A stretch of 64,000 bases of DNA, from NCBI GenBank assembly GCA_015680685.1, contig MNCI01000291.1, positions 73,853 through 137,852 of the forward strand, read 5' to 3'. The stretch comes from Gnetum montanum. Lineage: Eukaryota; Plantae; Gnetophyta. Numbering within the stretch: the stretch's first letter is position 1; each line of letters opens with the position of its first letter. The notes under the pieces were generated by a model that saw only the letters and a list, made by a program, of their open reading frames with translations, ran no database searches and was not told the DNA's origin. Below are positions 1 through 12,994 of this stretch, in pieces. The position numbers and the translations under genes are program-made.

Positions 1-1435
1 CTTTCTAATGGCAAGTCCACTTGCATCCACCTCCACCTAAAAAGGCTTCTAGAAATAGGGTATTACAAGCATTGGTCCATTGGTAATTTTTTCCTTCAAT
101 AAGAAAAAGCTTCTTTGAGTTTCATCATCCCACTTGAAATCTTGATTTTTCTTAAGCAAAGCAAACATAGACCAAGAAATACCACAAAATTTTTTATGAA
201 CCTTCTATAAAACCTAATAAACTAAAAAATGATCTTACCTCCCTAACATTTTTAGGAGTTGGCCAATCTCTAATTTCTCTCATCTTAGTAGCTTTCATAA
301 GAATTTGATTTTTATAAATTACATATCTTAAATATGTGATCTTCCTCTTGAAGAAGTAACTCTTCTCTACATTGATCATTAATTGTGTTTGTAATTTTAG
401 ACACACTCTTCTCATGTAATTTGAGTACTACTCCTCATTAGAGTTGTACACCAAAATATCATAAAAGAAGATAATAGAATAGTTACCAAGCAAATCTTAA
501 GTGCATCATGCATCAACCTCTTGAATGTAGCAAGTGCATTTGTGAGCCCAAATGCCATTACCAATCCATTAAATAATCCATTTGGTATTTTGAAAGTTAT
601 CTTTCATTCATCATGAGGCCTAATTTGAACTTGATGGTATCTTCTCTTCAAATCAAATTTGTTGAAAACCTTTGCATTGATAAGATCATTAAGGATATCA
701 TCCATCCTTGAAATAGGAAACCTATACCTCATTATTATCTTTTTCACAACCCTTGAATCAATGCACATTCTCCATTCATCATTGTCTTTCTTTGGCATAA
801 GAACTACTAGAGTTGCACAAGGTGAAATGGATTTCATCATGAAGCCATTTGCCAGTAACTCCTCTACTTGCATTTGTAATTTGATCAATTGATTTGGTGT
901 CATTTGGTATGCCTTTTCATTTGGAATGGTATCACTAGGACTGAATTCAATTTGGTGCTAAACACTTTTCATTGATGGAAAGTCATTAAATTCCCCTTTG
1001 AACACCTTGGAAAATTACTGCTTCAAGCTTGACATACTTGTTGACAGTTCTACCTATATAACATGATGGTTTGCAGTAATAGTTGATACAAACATAAAAC
1101 CAAAACTATCCTCATTGTATTCGTTAATATGTTTCCTCTTTCTAAGAAGAATTAAGGAAGCATTAAGTGAGCTTTTCTACCTTACTTTTTTAGGTGTCAT
1201 AGGAATTAAATCATGGATTACATTAGGTCTTGTTATACACTAAATATTTCTTACTCTATAAAATTAAGTAACATTATCAAAATTACAAGACCTTGTAAGG
1301 ATTACATTAGTATAATCAATTGGTAGTACATTAAATTTCACAACATCATGATAATTTTCAATTTTAAATTGCAAGACACATTATTCTCTCACCTCTAGAG
1401 AGAAATCTCTAACAAAATGTATCTTGCAGGGTTTA
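1..1435 (-). pseudogene. pol: pol remnant of H: protease C-terminal half, reverse transcriptase, RNase H start
   Basis: ORFs 604-903 (RT) and 194-415 (REIRDWPTPKNVREVRSF). 1-48 reads KPF*VEVDASGLAI (RNase H). ~1270-1435 reads KPCKIHFVRD..YHDVVKFNVLPIDYTNVILTR (protease). Confidence 0.9.
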
Positions 1436-2431
1436 TAATGAGTGGAAAGGTACCACCTATGCCCAACCATACAAATTACAAGTGTTCATGTATGTTAAAT
1501 TATATGGATGGGACTAGTTGTGGCATCTAGATCTTTATGCCTTGATCATAGTTCGTTGTCTTCCCACTTGGACTAGTGGTAGCTTTGTCACGTATGGTTT
1601 AGTCTAGAGTGAGGCATATGATTCTTGATGTTGTTTCAGCCTTGTGATACTCCTAAAAATAATAAAGAAATCAATTACCTAATCTAATTAACAACATAAG
1701 GATAAAGTCTAAACTAGCCTTCGGGTAGTGAGTGTCCATTCCTAGCTTGTTGTGCACATCCTGAAACCACATATCCATTACTAGGATTACCAAGCACTAT
1801 GCTACTGGGAAAACCAAGCAAAAACACTATTGGGATTACCAAGTGAATGTGTGTTTATGCTCGAAACTAGTCATGCTCATTCTCCCAATTCATTAACATG
1901 CATGGAAAATTTAATATTAACTAAGTACATGGAATATAAACTGCATTAAAAGTAAATTTGATCTAAGTCAAAGTGCTATAATAAGTAAGAATCAATTTCG
2001 ATCTTATTATCATTCATGGAATGTGTCCAAGTACATTGCCACTTGAATAAGACATTGTACAACTAACTCGAATCCACACTATGGGCACTCACTAATTGCT
2101 CTCTAAGATTACAAGATAAAACTGCAAGAGTTTAGCTACTCTATTGACCAAAGAATTGCATAAATACAACTATGAGTGCATATTTATAGACAAAAATAGA
2201 CATTGCATTGATAGGGTTGTGTCGATGGAATATACTACATTGACGGGGCCTCATTGATGCAATAGATCATGTCAATGGAACCCAGTTGATAGGACCTTGT
2301 TATTAGGACCTTATTATTGGGGCCTTGTTATCAAGGCCTTATTATCAAGGCTTGTTATTGAGGCTAAGATATTAGAGCTAGCCAAAAAGTTAACTTTTTA
2401 TCAGATATTCCAGCCAATTGATGATTCATCA
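1436..2431 (-). repeat. 3' LTR of element A
   Basis: Runs TAATGAG...CATCA and aligns by eye along its length with 7467-8495. Contains ~14-bp GGGCCTTGTTATC subrepeats at ~2290-2365. Confidence 0.9.
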
Positions 2432-4999
2432 TACCCCCATGGCTAAATAAAAAATCATCCTTGAGTTAACAGGATAGGACCAAGCTTTCTTTACAAAATT
2501 GGAAAGGTATGGAATTATTGACTGACACTAACTACTGATTGACTCTAAGTATTGCATTACAAACTTTTATTCAAGTGGATGCATAAAAAATGATAGAGTG
2601 ATAAAAATACTAGATAGGCTTTGAAGATTACAAAATTTGTAGAGGTCTTCAACAATCAATTGAAGATGATTCTTCTTGTTGCTGCTAGTGGTGGTAGACT
2701 TCCAACCTAGCTTTTTATGTCAATGCTTCTTTGGTTATGTGGAAAATTCTTGTAGGATGAACTAAAATTCTTCTCATCATCCCATGGATCTAGCAAACTT
2801 GCAATGCATGAGTGTCTATCTTATATGTGCTACAATTTGTTCATAGGCATATCCTCTATTATCCCTCTCTTGGCTTTGTTTCCATGCTTGGCAAAAGACC
2901 TTCTTCCCTAGGTGTTTCTTTTAGCATCACCTATAGTCACCAAAGGATTAACATTAGTTTTGGTAAATTTTCCTTAATAATTAACCATTTTTAGATCCCT
3001 TTGTTTTTGTTTAAGCACAATGTGATGATAGCATACTATGCCCAAGGCTATGAGGTAACTAAGATCATCAAGCTATTCACATTATTTTGATCAATTACTA
3101 TTAGTTACCATGATGTTAAAAAATAGGATGTTAGACAAATTTCAAAATTTCAAAGTGGACATCCCTAGCCCCAATGACTAATAAGTGTAACTCTAGAAGC
3201 ACATAAGTTTTCAAACAATTGAAACCAAAGGTCTGATTCAGAAGATGGCCAAGACATATTGAACTTGAAGGATATTTTAACAAAAATGTAGGAAAAAGTA
3301 AAAAATTAATTAAAAGTGATGAGAAGTAGTTCCAAAATTATGCATAAATTCAAAGAAACTATCATTGATGTTCTAGAAGATGTGAAGGTTAGTTCAAAGC
3401 CAAGATCAACAAAAGTTATGCAAGTGGATCCTTCCCAAAGTAGGCTTCTACCATAATGCCCTTACATAACCACTGCTATAGATGTTTGTGGGCACCTAAG
3501 AAGTTAAATGTAGATCATGCCTTTGTTCCAAACAACACACAATTGTTGTGGTTGGGATGTTGCACTATACTACACAAAACTAAAAGGCTCATAATTGTAT
3601 GCAGTAGTAAGGTGAATAATGGTATGAGAAGGAATTAAAGAGATTAGGATGTAAGGTACTAAACCATGTCCATAATAGGTTCTTGTGAAAAATGTGATTA
3701 AAATGATCAACATACCTATCCATCCAAGTTTAGACCAAGTCCATACCATGAACAATAACCTCTCATTGATGTGTTTCTTCCTACCAACCACCATGAGTTC
3801 ACAACCACCTCAAAGAACAAACATGACTCCAACAAGAGAAGAAAAGAGAACAATGAAGGAAGGGCTTTAGTTAGAGGGGCCCCTTTAGGCATGGGTAAAA
3901 TTTCTTTCTAGCCCCATAACTAGTGCTTGTAGCCCATTATTGTGTCTAAGGGGTGTGTTTTGAATTTCCATTATTGTGTTTTCTCTCTCTCTTTTATTTT
4001 TTTTAATGGGAACCACACCATGCAAAGACAAAGCTTTCTTTTTATTGGTTGATGGAGGAGTGATGATACATTCCAAGTGGAGTCATAAACCACATGAAGG
4101 AAGACAAGAAGAAAATCCAACAAGTCCCCTTGAGGTCACACCCTTGCCATTTCCACTTGGTCATTCCTTCTTTCTTCAAGGTACAATGATAATTGATTAA
4201 TTCTGGTTTCATAAAAGAAGAACCAAATTATTTCCATAAAAAAGAGCTTTTATTCAAAGAACTGTAGGGATGAATGAGGTGGTATCACTGCTTTACACAA
4301 TTACTTACCCGATCATCTTGATAGCATAGCACAAAAAATCAACACATAGTGTTGACTTTTGCATCATGACCTGGCAATATTATTAACGAAAATATAAAAG
4401 ACATTCATAAAACATAAAGGAAATGACTCAAGAAAAGAGAAAAATATAAAGAAATGAAAAATATATTAAGAATCCAAAAACTTTGAAAGAAATAGGAAAA
4501 TGATAAGAAATTGTAAAAATAGAAAGGTGAAAAACACTTATTAGTTCTTGAACCAAAATGGAGCATCTCCCCCATGACTAATCTTATGGCTACACATTCA
4601 AGAGATGGACTATACAATTCCTTGGTTATAGACCATCGATTTTCCATCTATCACTATTATAATTTAATTAATTGTATGGTAGCACATTTGACATTGGTGA
4701 TAGTCTCATTTGGATCATTTGGAGACATGTCATAATCTAGACTTGAAGGTATTTCTGTGTTGGGTGATCCAAATGTGTGTGCTTATTCTTCTTGATTTTC
4801 TATATTAATTTCTAGGTCTTCATGTTTAACATCCTTTTCCAGTGTATAATTAGAGTGTAAGATATCTATGTCTAAGTCTTTTGTTTGGTCTATTTTTTAA
4901 GTCTAGAATTAATAAGCATATCAATTGCCTCCATGCATCTTTGAAACAATTTTATATTCTCATTTTCAAGCCACTAGATGTCTTCTAGTTTCGTGGCTA

Positions 5000-7100
5000 C
5001 TATAGAGGTTGGTTTTTGCTCACATACTTGTTCTTTAGCTTTGTGGATTAGTATAGGGGTTGTGTTAATATTTCAAAATTCTAGCCCACAATTACACCCT
5101 TTACTATTAGTAGGAATGAATGGATTCTTCTATCTCTCCACAGTGCTAAATTCATCCCTTTTGTTAGGTGTTGGAGTAATGATAGATTTTGGCCTTTGCC
5201 TAGGATTAGAGGACATTGGTTGTAAAAGGAAGAGTGTTGCACTTGATTGGAATTGTGCTAGTTTGGATGAGTTAGTAGGTCTACAAGTGTTATGCATATG
5301 TGTGGGAACCATCCTAAAGAAAGGATGCTTCCAAGATTATGGTGGAGATTTACTAGCATTATCATTTCTATGTATGTTCATAGCACAAGTGGCATTCTCT
5401 CATTAATTTCATGGTGCTAAGCATTCCTTTGTTGCTGGTTGTGACATATGATGGAGGGAAGTATGATAATACTAAGGATATGATGAAGGATGAGAGGTGT
5501 GAGGTGGTGATCCTTCAGAAGATGTTGTAGGTTCATGATATTTGGGAGAGTTGTAGTAGCGATTTGAAGTAGAAGGGATAGAACCAATCATGAAAATAGG
5601 TTGTTAAACATAATATCCATATGGGTTCAGCTAGTAGTAAGGGTAGTGTTGGTTTGATGATGGAATTCTCCATGACTATGGGTTTTTCATTGTATTGGAT
5701 GATAGTGTTGAGGCTAGTAAGAAGTCCCATTGGGATGGTATGATTGGTTGTAGGACTATCTATGATTACCTTGTGAGAAAGGTAATTTTCTAGGCATTTA
5801 ATTTTGTACAAACTTGGGATTTAATGCTAGACAAATACTCATGTAGATGTAACATGATTGGGAAATAGTCCTTTGGATTATCGTATAGGTAGATGTCACA
5901 TCCATCATCTTCTTCTGTGGTTGAGTCTATAGCCTCTTCTTCTATAGTCATTTTTCCTATTTATTGATAAGTGTTCCTAGCTGTTTCTTGGTTCTTCTTC
6001 CTCTGTTTATTGTGATCACCTAGTTCATTTTGTGTTACATTCTCCTCTACAATTTCTATGAAAGTTGTAGATTTTTTATTTGTCCACTCTAACATCCTAT
6101 CTAGCCTTGCCTAGAGTTCATTAAGAGATTGTTGTAGTGGCAAGGTTTGTTGTCAAATCATCTCATCGAGAGCTACCTCTTTTTCCTGATCATAGATATG
6201 GACCCTTTTCCTTTGAAGAGTTGGTCCCAATTATTTTTCTCTACATTCTCTTATTTACATAGCTCTCCTTCTTCTTTTGCAACCAGCCTGATTAGCCTTT
6301 GTATCTGATGGGATTTTAATTCATATAATCTTCCTTGAGCATACATCCTAAGGATCTCCCTTGTTTCATTATGAAGCCCATCCATGGTGTCAAAAAGTTG
6401 CTTTTTTTTAGAGAAATCATGGCAGGGACATCTATGTAGTAGTGAATAGTATCAATCCAAGGCCACATCCAAGGGTTCATGATTTTCTTACTTCCACCCT
6501 TGGATTTTTTTTCTTAGGTTTGACACTCTTGCATAGGTTTCGTATTTTTCATTAAAAAGTTCAACCATTGTGGACCACTAGTGGACGAAACTTGGTTCCA
6601 ATGATCTATACCAACTTTTAGCTTTGTCTATTAGTGTCCTAGGGAAGAGCTTAAGCTTTTGCCACTTATTTTTGATATTTTGCAAGGCACAAGCATCATG
6701 GAAGGCTTGTAAGTGATATTGTGGGTTAGAATTATAGCCTCCTAAAAATTTAGAGATGTTATTCATATCAAGTCTTTTGATGCCTATGAGGTATTTTAAC
6801 CACCTCCGTAATTTGTGTCATGCTCTTAGTGGCGAATAAGGGTGTACTATCATCAAACATGTTGTGGTGAAAATTTATATTTCTATAGATTATGATGATT
6901 TTGTCTATGTTCATGTTGAGGTCTTTGATTTTTCCTATGGTTCTGGTTTCTACACTTATTTTGACCCCATAGTGGAGCTTTTTCTCTATACCTATATTCA
7001 TCTTTGTCAAAATTAGACGTTAAAGAGGAAGAGGAAGATGAGAAAATGGGAGGATTACCATGGCTTTGATGATGTTTCCCATAGTCCCTTGATTTATCTT
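5000..7100 (-). pseudogene. gag: Athila-like gag remnant of A
   Basis: ORF 6578-6766 reads ISKFLGGYNSNPQYHLQAFHDAC..KLKLFPRTLIDKAKSWYRSLEP, a retrotransposon gag motif, followed by a Pro/Ser-rich tail. Limits are approximate. Confidence 0.75.
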
Positions 7101-7447
7101 TTTTAGGTTTTGATGAGGTCCTAGGCCTTAAGGCTTCCCCTAGTCCAAGACTTACTTCATCTCCTCTAGGGTTGTCTCTCTTAGGTGAATGTAGTTATTG
7201 AGTGTCATTAGGATGATCATGAACATATGAAACCCCTACATGAGGTTGGTCACTCCAATTTTTTTTAGTATATAACTCATTTGTTCTCCAATGAATGTTC
7301 TCTCCATACAATGCATTATTGCTTCCTTATGAAAGAGACATTTTTATTAGTTAATGATGTGTGTGACTTAATATTTTCTAAAAGATAAATCATTAATGCA
7401 TTTACAGTTATCATGTATGATATAACTAATCTAGATAACTAGCACCA

Positions 7448-7465
7448 TCCCTAGCAATGACACCA
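7448..7465 (-). promoter_or_regulatory. Athila-type PBS (tRNA-Asp-like) of A
   Basis: The minus strand reads TGGTGTCATTGCTAGGGA, which is TGGCGCCGTTGCCGGGGA with transitions only. Confidence 0.8.
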
Positions 7466-7466
7466 A

Positions 7467-8495
7467 TGATGAGCGACAAAGTACCCCCTACATCTAACCA
7501 TATGAATCACAAGTGTTCATGCATGAGCTAGTTTAATTCCATGAATTGGACTAGTTGTGGCATCTAGATCATTATGCCTTGATCATAGTTTGCTATCTTT
7601 CCACTTGGACTAGTGGTAACTTTGTCATGTATGATTTAATCCAGAGTGAGGCATATGATTCTTGATGTTGTTTTGGCCTTGTGCTACTCCTAACGATAAT
7701 AAAGAAATTAATTACTTAATCTAATTAACAACATAAAGATAATGTATAAAATAGCCTACAGGTAATGAGTGTTCGTTCCTAGCTTGTTGTACACATCCTG
7801 AACCCACAAATCCACTATTGGGATTACCAAGCACTATGCTACTTGGTAAACCAAGCAATAACACTGTAAGGATTACAAAGTGAATGCGTGTTTACACTCA
7901 AAACTAGTCATGCTCATTCTGCCAATTCATTAACATGCATGTAAACGTAAATATAACTAAGTACATGGAATATAATTTTCATTAATAGTAAATTTAATTT
8001 AAGTCAAAGTATTGTGATGAATAAGAATCAATCTCAATCTTATTTCCATTCATGGAATGTGTCTAGGTACATTGCGACTTGAATAAGATGCCATACAATT
8101 GACTTAGAACCACATTGTGGGCACTCATTGACTGTTCTCTAAGATTACGGAATAAAACTACAAGAGTTTGGCTACTCTATTGATCAAAGAATTGCATAAA
8201 CATGGATGTGAGTGTGTATTTAAAGATGAAAATAAACACTGCATTGACAAGGCTGCATCAATGTAATAGAGTGTGTTGATAGGGCTATGTTAATGGAGCC
8301 TCATTGATGCAATAGACTATGTCAATAGGGCCTAATTGATGTAGCCTAGTTACCAAGACCTTGTTATCAGGATCTTATTATCAAGGCCTTGTTATCAAGG
8401 CTTGTTGTTGGGGCCTTGTTATCAAGGCTAAGATATCAAAGCCAACCAAAAAGTTAACTTTTTATCAGATATTCTAGCCAATTGATGATTCATTA
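7467..8495 (-). repeat. 5' LTR of element A
   Basis: Runs TGATGAG...CATTA, is adjacent to the PBS and is homologous to 1436-2431. Confidence 0.9.
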
Positions 8496-9950
8496 ATCTA
8501 AGATGAGCATTTGTCACTAAATCCAATCTAGCAACTACCCTAGAAGAAATAATATTTTTTTGGATTCCATCAATTAAAATATGAATCAATTTCCCACTAA
8601 TCAAACATCTAGCCCTAATTTGAAATAAAAATATTCTTGATGGATAATCTAATCCATTCATATTTTTCATAAATGCACATGAATCAAATTTAGAATATTC
8701 GTTAATTTTGGGAGCATTAGGATTACCTCTTTGAAGAGCTTTACTTGATGTCTTCTCCACTTCCATGGTTTACATGTCCTTACCCGTAGATGCCTTGTGA
8801 AGTGAACATTCCCATTGCTCATGTCCTCATTTTCCACATTTGAAGCATTGAATCTTGAATGTGTTGCTACCTTGACCCTTACTTCCCTTGCCTTAGTACT
8901 TCTTAGTGTTGCCCTTCTCATTTTCCTTTTCTTACTTCTTGTCATAGTTTTCATTCTTATATTCAAATTTTAACTTGGATCCCTTCTATGATTTGAATCC
9001 CTTATCCTTCCCCTTTGAAGTCTATTTGTTTCTACTTCCAAATCCATTGGGTTTCTTTTTTTCCTTGAGTATCAAATCATAAGCTTCATCAAGAGTTTGT
9101 GGCTCATAAAATGATAACTCTTGCCGATACATCATTTTGAGATGTCTAACAAAGATTGAAGCCTATTCATATACCTCCTAGTTTACCTTCGCTTGATGGA
9201 AAAGTTTACAAAATTTAATGTAAAAGTCCTTGACATCTTTATCTTCATGTCTAAGGAATTTCATCTTCATGATTGTCTCTTATCTTTGAGATTGTTTACA
9301 TTTTTTTCTTGACCTATATTTCATCATATTTTAACCTTTGATACATTGATCATTTGTCCTTTCATAATTTTAAATCTCATTTCCCCACCAAGTTGAAGCT
9401 ATATCTTCTAATCTAGATTAGCAATTGGTACCATTAATTCATTTGGTACCTCTTCTAACTCAAAAGGCTTGTCAAGTTCTTTCAACCAACTTGCAAAAGA
9501 AATGATGTCATCTATATTATTGAAAGTCTTTAGCTTCACATATGAGAGTCTAGTAGATTTTTTGAATGTTGTAGCAAGTTTTGCTTCATCTTTATCATCA
9601 AGATTGTCATGAGAAGAAGTTGATGTTGATGATGGAGCTTTTAGAACTTTGATATAAGGATTTGAATTTCCTTCCACTAGAATCCTAAGCTAATGGATTT
9701 CTACACTCACATAGCTAGACTATTCTTCCTCCTCATATGTTCCCCTCCACTAGGTTGAGAAACTTCTCCATCATTATTTGAATGAGAATGCTCATCATCA
9801 CCATAGGTTTGAATATGGGTAGGAACTGTATTCCTATCAACCTTAGCATTGATCTCATCCAATCATGCAACCATTAGCTAAATGGTAGATATCATGCTCT
9901 CCATATCTCTTTTCAAGGCTTGAAATTATTTCTTCTTTAGGAGTCATTTG
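8496..9950 (-). pseudogene. gag: gag and protease N-terminal half of H
   Basis: ORF 9408-9677 is gag-like (VKLKTF..SWLKELDKPFELEEVP). Zinc knuckle IQCFKCGK*GHEQWEC at ~8805-8850. ORF 8428-8766 contains FLFQIRARCLISGKLIHILIDG..NIISSRVVARLDL (protease). Confidence 0.85.
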
Positions 9951-10000
9951 AAATAAATAAAAATCCATAACCATATTCCAAAGAACAAAAAAACCTAAAG

Positions 10001-10012
10001 GTTGTAATACTA
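10001..10012 (-). promoter_or_regulatory. Degenerate tRNA-Met primer-binding site of H
   Basis: GTTGTAATACTA matches the canonical reverse complement GCTCTGATACCA at 8/12 and lies just upstream of gag. Confidence 0.5.
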
Positions 10013-10320
10013 ATCTTGGAGTAGGATCACTCTCATTTGCTTTGATCCTTTAAATTTCACTAAATCTAGATATTATGGAAGATAATTTAATTTGATAGAA
10101 AGTAAAAAAACTAGCTATCTTATATTAATTAAAAAGAATATTACAAATATAGTAGTTCCACAACCCACAAACAACAACCTCACATACTTAATGATATTAC
10201 AAAGCATGAGGCTCGACAACCATATAACAATTGATCTCAATATAAGGAATAATCAATATAGATGTCTTTCACAACACAAGACTAAGATCCACACATAAAC
10301 ATGAGTTACAATGACCAAAC

Positions 10321-12994
10321 TGTTGGTGACCGTTTGGGATGCGACCGCTAACGAGTGTCCTCGAACAAGATTCAGTTGCTTGCTGGTCTTTGGCAACACC
10401 AAGGCCCAAATACCTCCAAATAGACTCAGTAGTTAATGTGAGTATGTGTGTGTGCTGTTATGAAAAATGAAACAATTGGGTTGTGTGTAAAACTATAAAT
10501 GACTTATCTTAAAGAGATTCAGCCAACTTTGCAAAGTACTGTGAGTTGTTGAGAGTTACTATTTTGTTCAATTGCCTAGTCTATGCGGTCCTTATAATAC
10601 TTATAACAAATAAAGTTTTGAAAAAAAATTTAAGCACAACTCTGCTAATCTACTTCTAATTTTCCCTAGAGAAAGAGATAGTTCCACAAGAAAACTAGAA
10701 ATAGAGCGAGATTTAATGGAAATAGAAAGAAGAGAAAAAGAAAGAAGATTTGTGTAAAGATCTCAAATGTTTAAACAAGGTAAAATGATAAACACTTCGC
10801 AATAAAGCTATCTCAAATTCAATAACTATGAATCATTCAAACTTCCAAGGCTCAAATAAGCAATTTCTTCAAGACAATCCTACTATGCTACCAAACAAAA
10901 TGCTGCGTAAACAATCAAGTACCAGACTCTATTTTGGCTAGATAATGGATGTCAATAATTGCATTGAATAGAACCTTCAAAAGACTTGACAATTTATGAT
11001 TGAAATACCATGGAGATTCACTTTAAAGATAAAAGAAGTTATTTTGGTCTTATCAAAATACCAAAGATTTTCTAAACCCTCTTGACTATTGAATCGTTCA
11101 ACGACTTAACTACATGTAGAGGCTCTCTTACAACAATCTCAATAATGGTTCTTATACATTACAGAATAATAAAATTCACTACTAAAATGCTCTTAAGGCT
11201 TTCAAACACAAGCTCTTCTATGGAAAAATTTTAATAGAAATTTTCTATCATGCAACAAGAACAATAAGAGCAATCTAAAAATCCCAAAATTATTTGCCAA
11301 ACATGATACTATCTAAACCACTAGCTAAACAATTTAAACAAAATAAAAAATAAACATAACTCACAAGACTATAACAAAGAGGCTAAAATGCTGTCTTTAG
11401 CAAGCCATCTTTAATATATTTCTTCTATCAATTCTTTACAAAATGCTCCTCTAAGAGACTCCTTCCTTTCTCCCAAGGCCTCCTCCTCTCTTAAGACTTC
11501 TTTTTTTTTAGCTAGACTAGACCTTCTGTCTTTTTGTTCTTCTAAGGCCTTGAAGCCTTTTTATAGGGTCTCATAAGTAGTTAGAAATTACAAAATATCT
11601 TGGGTAACTTACTCCCAAGGTAAAGAAGTTACAACTTGCCCAACAAGTTAGGAGAAAACTATGCCTATGTTGACATGTGTTTTCTTAAATAACCATCCCA
11701 TGAATTCCTTTTCTTCTTGAATAATAATACTTTGTTTTAAATATGTTACTTTTAGATTATTTGATTTGAATTTTGAAGCTATTACTTGGATGATAGAAAA
11801 ACTGTCGTTGCTATGAATGTTTTAAATGGCAGCGGATGAGCTGGGATTGGGCATGAACAGGTACTCGCCACCGTACTTAGCACCATGGATGAAAGGAAGG
11901 ACCATTCTGCACGAATTCAACTAGGCCTTCAGAGGTAGTAGCATCCTCAACTCCACCAACAACGTTTTCATTTACGAGGATACATTTGAATCAAAACATT
12001 GCCTCCACCATTTTGTATCCAGATTGATCGTGCTCTGGACCAACGATTTCTGTAGAAACCTTGACGATGTGTGTGGTGAGACGTCCTTCTGTGCCATGCA
12101 TTCGTTGAATTGCTGCCACCCGAGTCTTAGCATGATGCCCTTGCTTGCCATGTTTGCGGTTACTGCCAGCTATGGTCGTGCATTGCTTCTTTTCTTCGAC
12201 TTTATCTCTCTACCGTGCCTTGGTGCTCTGTCAAATATGAGCCAAAAACCCTACTGCATTTTTCTTTCTAAAATCATGTTTTTTCAATTTGTGAATCAGG
12301 GACAGCTGTTGTATGATTTGGGTGCTAATATTGGCAAGATTTGATATATTCTTGATGCTTGTCTTGCTGTTTTTCTTCTAAAACCGTTGCTCATAACCTG
12401 TTCTTGTTTTTGCGATTTTTATTTCTAATTCAAATGCAGAGTATATACAAAGTGTTTGACAAATTGCTTTTTACTAGTGTCTCTACTTTTGATATTTTTT
12501 TTACAAAAATCAATAGACATTACTTTGACATCCAATTCTCAATTCTTGTATATACTGCTAATTGCATTTTAACTCTTATTCTTTTTCTCTTTTCTTATTT
12601 TTGTTCTGCACTTCATATACATGGCACATGAACAAATTGCTTCATGAAGAATACTGTAATTTCCAATGGCCAGTTTACCATCAATTGTAGTTACTTTGAT
12701 TCTTCATTTCTTTATTCTTTAAATTTAGATACTATTTCTCTTTATCCACAAGCTGAAATTTTGTTTATTCTAACAAAGTACAGTAGCCTTTTCTCCAATC
12801 TTTCAACATCTACAATTACTTTGTAATGGATTTTTAAAAGCTCCCTTATGAATTTAGTAATAAAACATAGTTAATGGTTTGTGGAATTCTTGCCACTTCT
12901 CCAAGTAACAATAAGAGAGTATTGAAAACTACAAAAACCTTTAATCAATTTTATCATGCCAACCTGTTCTATGAATGGCCAAAATGTGCCAACA
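10321..12994. mobile_element. Solo LTR (2674 bp) inserted in the 5' LTR region of H
   Basis: Termini TGTTGG...CCAACA with a perfect 5-bp TSD CAAAC (10316-10320 and 12995-12999). No retroelement domain is recognisable inside. A TATA-like CCCTATAAAA lies on the minus strand near 11560-11569. Confidence 0.88.

Larger units (their letters stand above)
1436..8495 (-). mobile_element. Athila-like LTR retrotransposon A, non-autonomous (gag, no recognisable PR/RT/INT), inserted in the protease of H
   Basis: Direct repeats at 1436-2431 and 7467-8495. Athila-type PBS at 7448-7465 and PPT-like ATGGGGGTA next to the left LTR. Decayed TSD GTTTA/ATCTA; removing A restores host H-P-K-P-C. Confidence 0.88.

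Noticed and set aside
12024-12826. Run of plus-strand ORFs in the solo LTR
   Set aside because: Short and Phe/Leu-rich from T-rich composition, with no domain recognisable to me.
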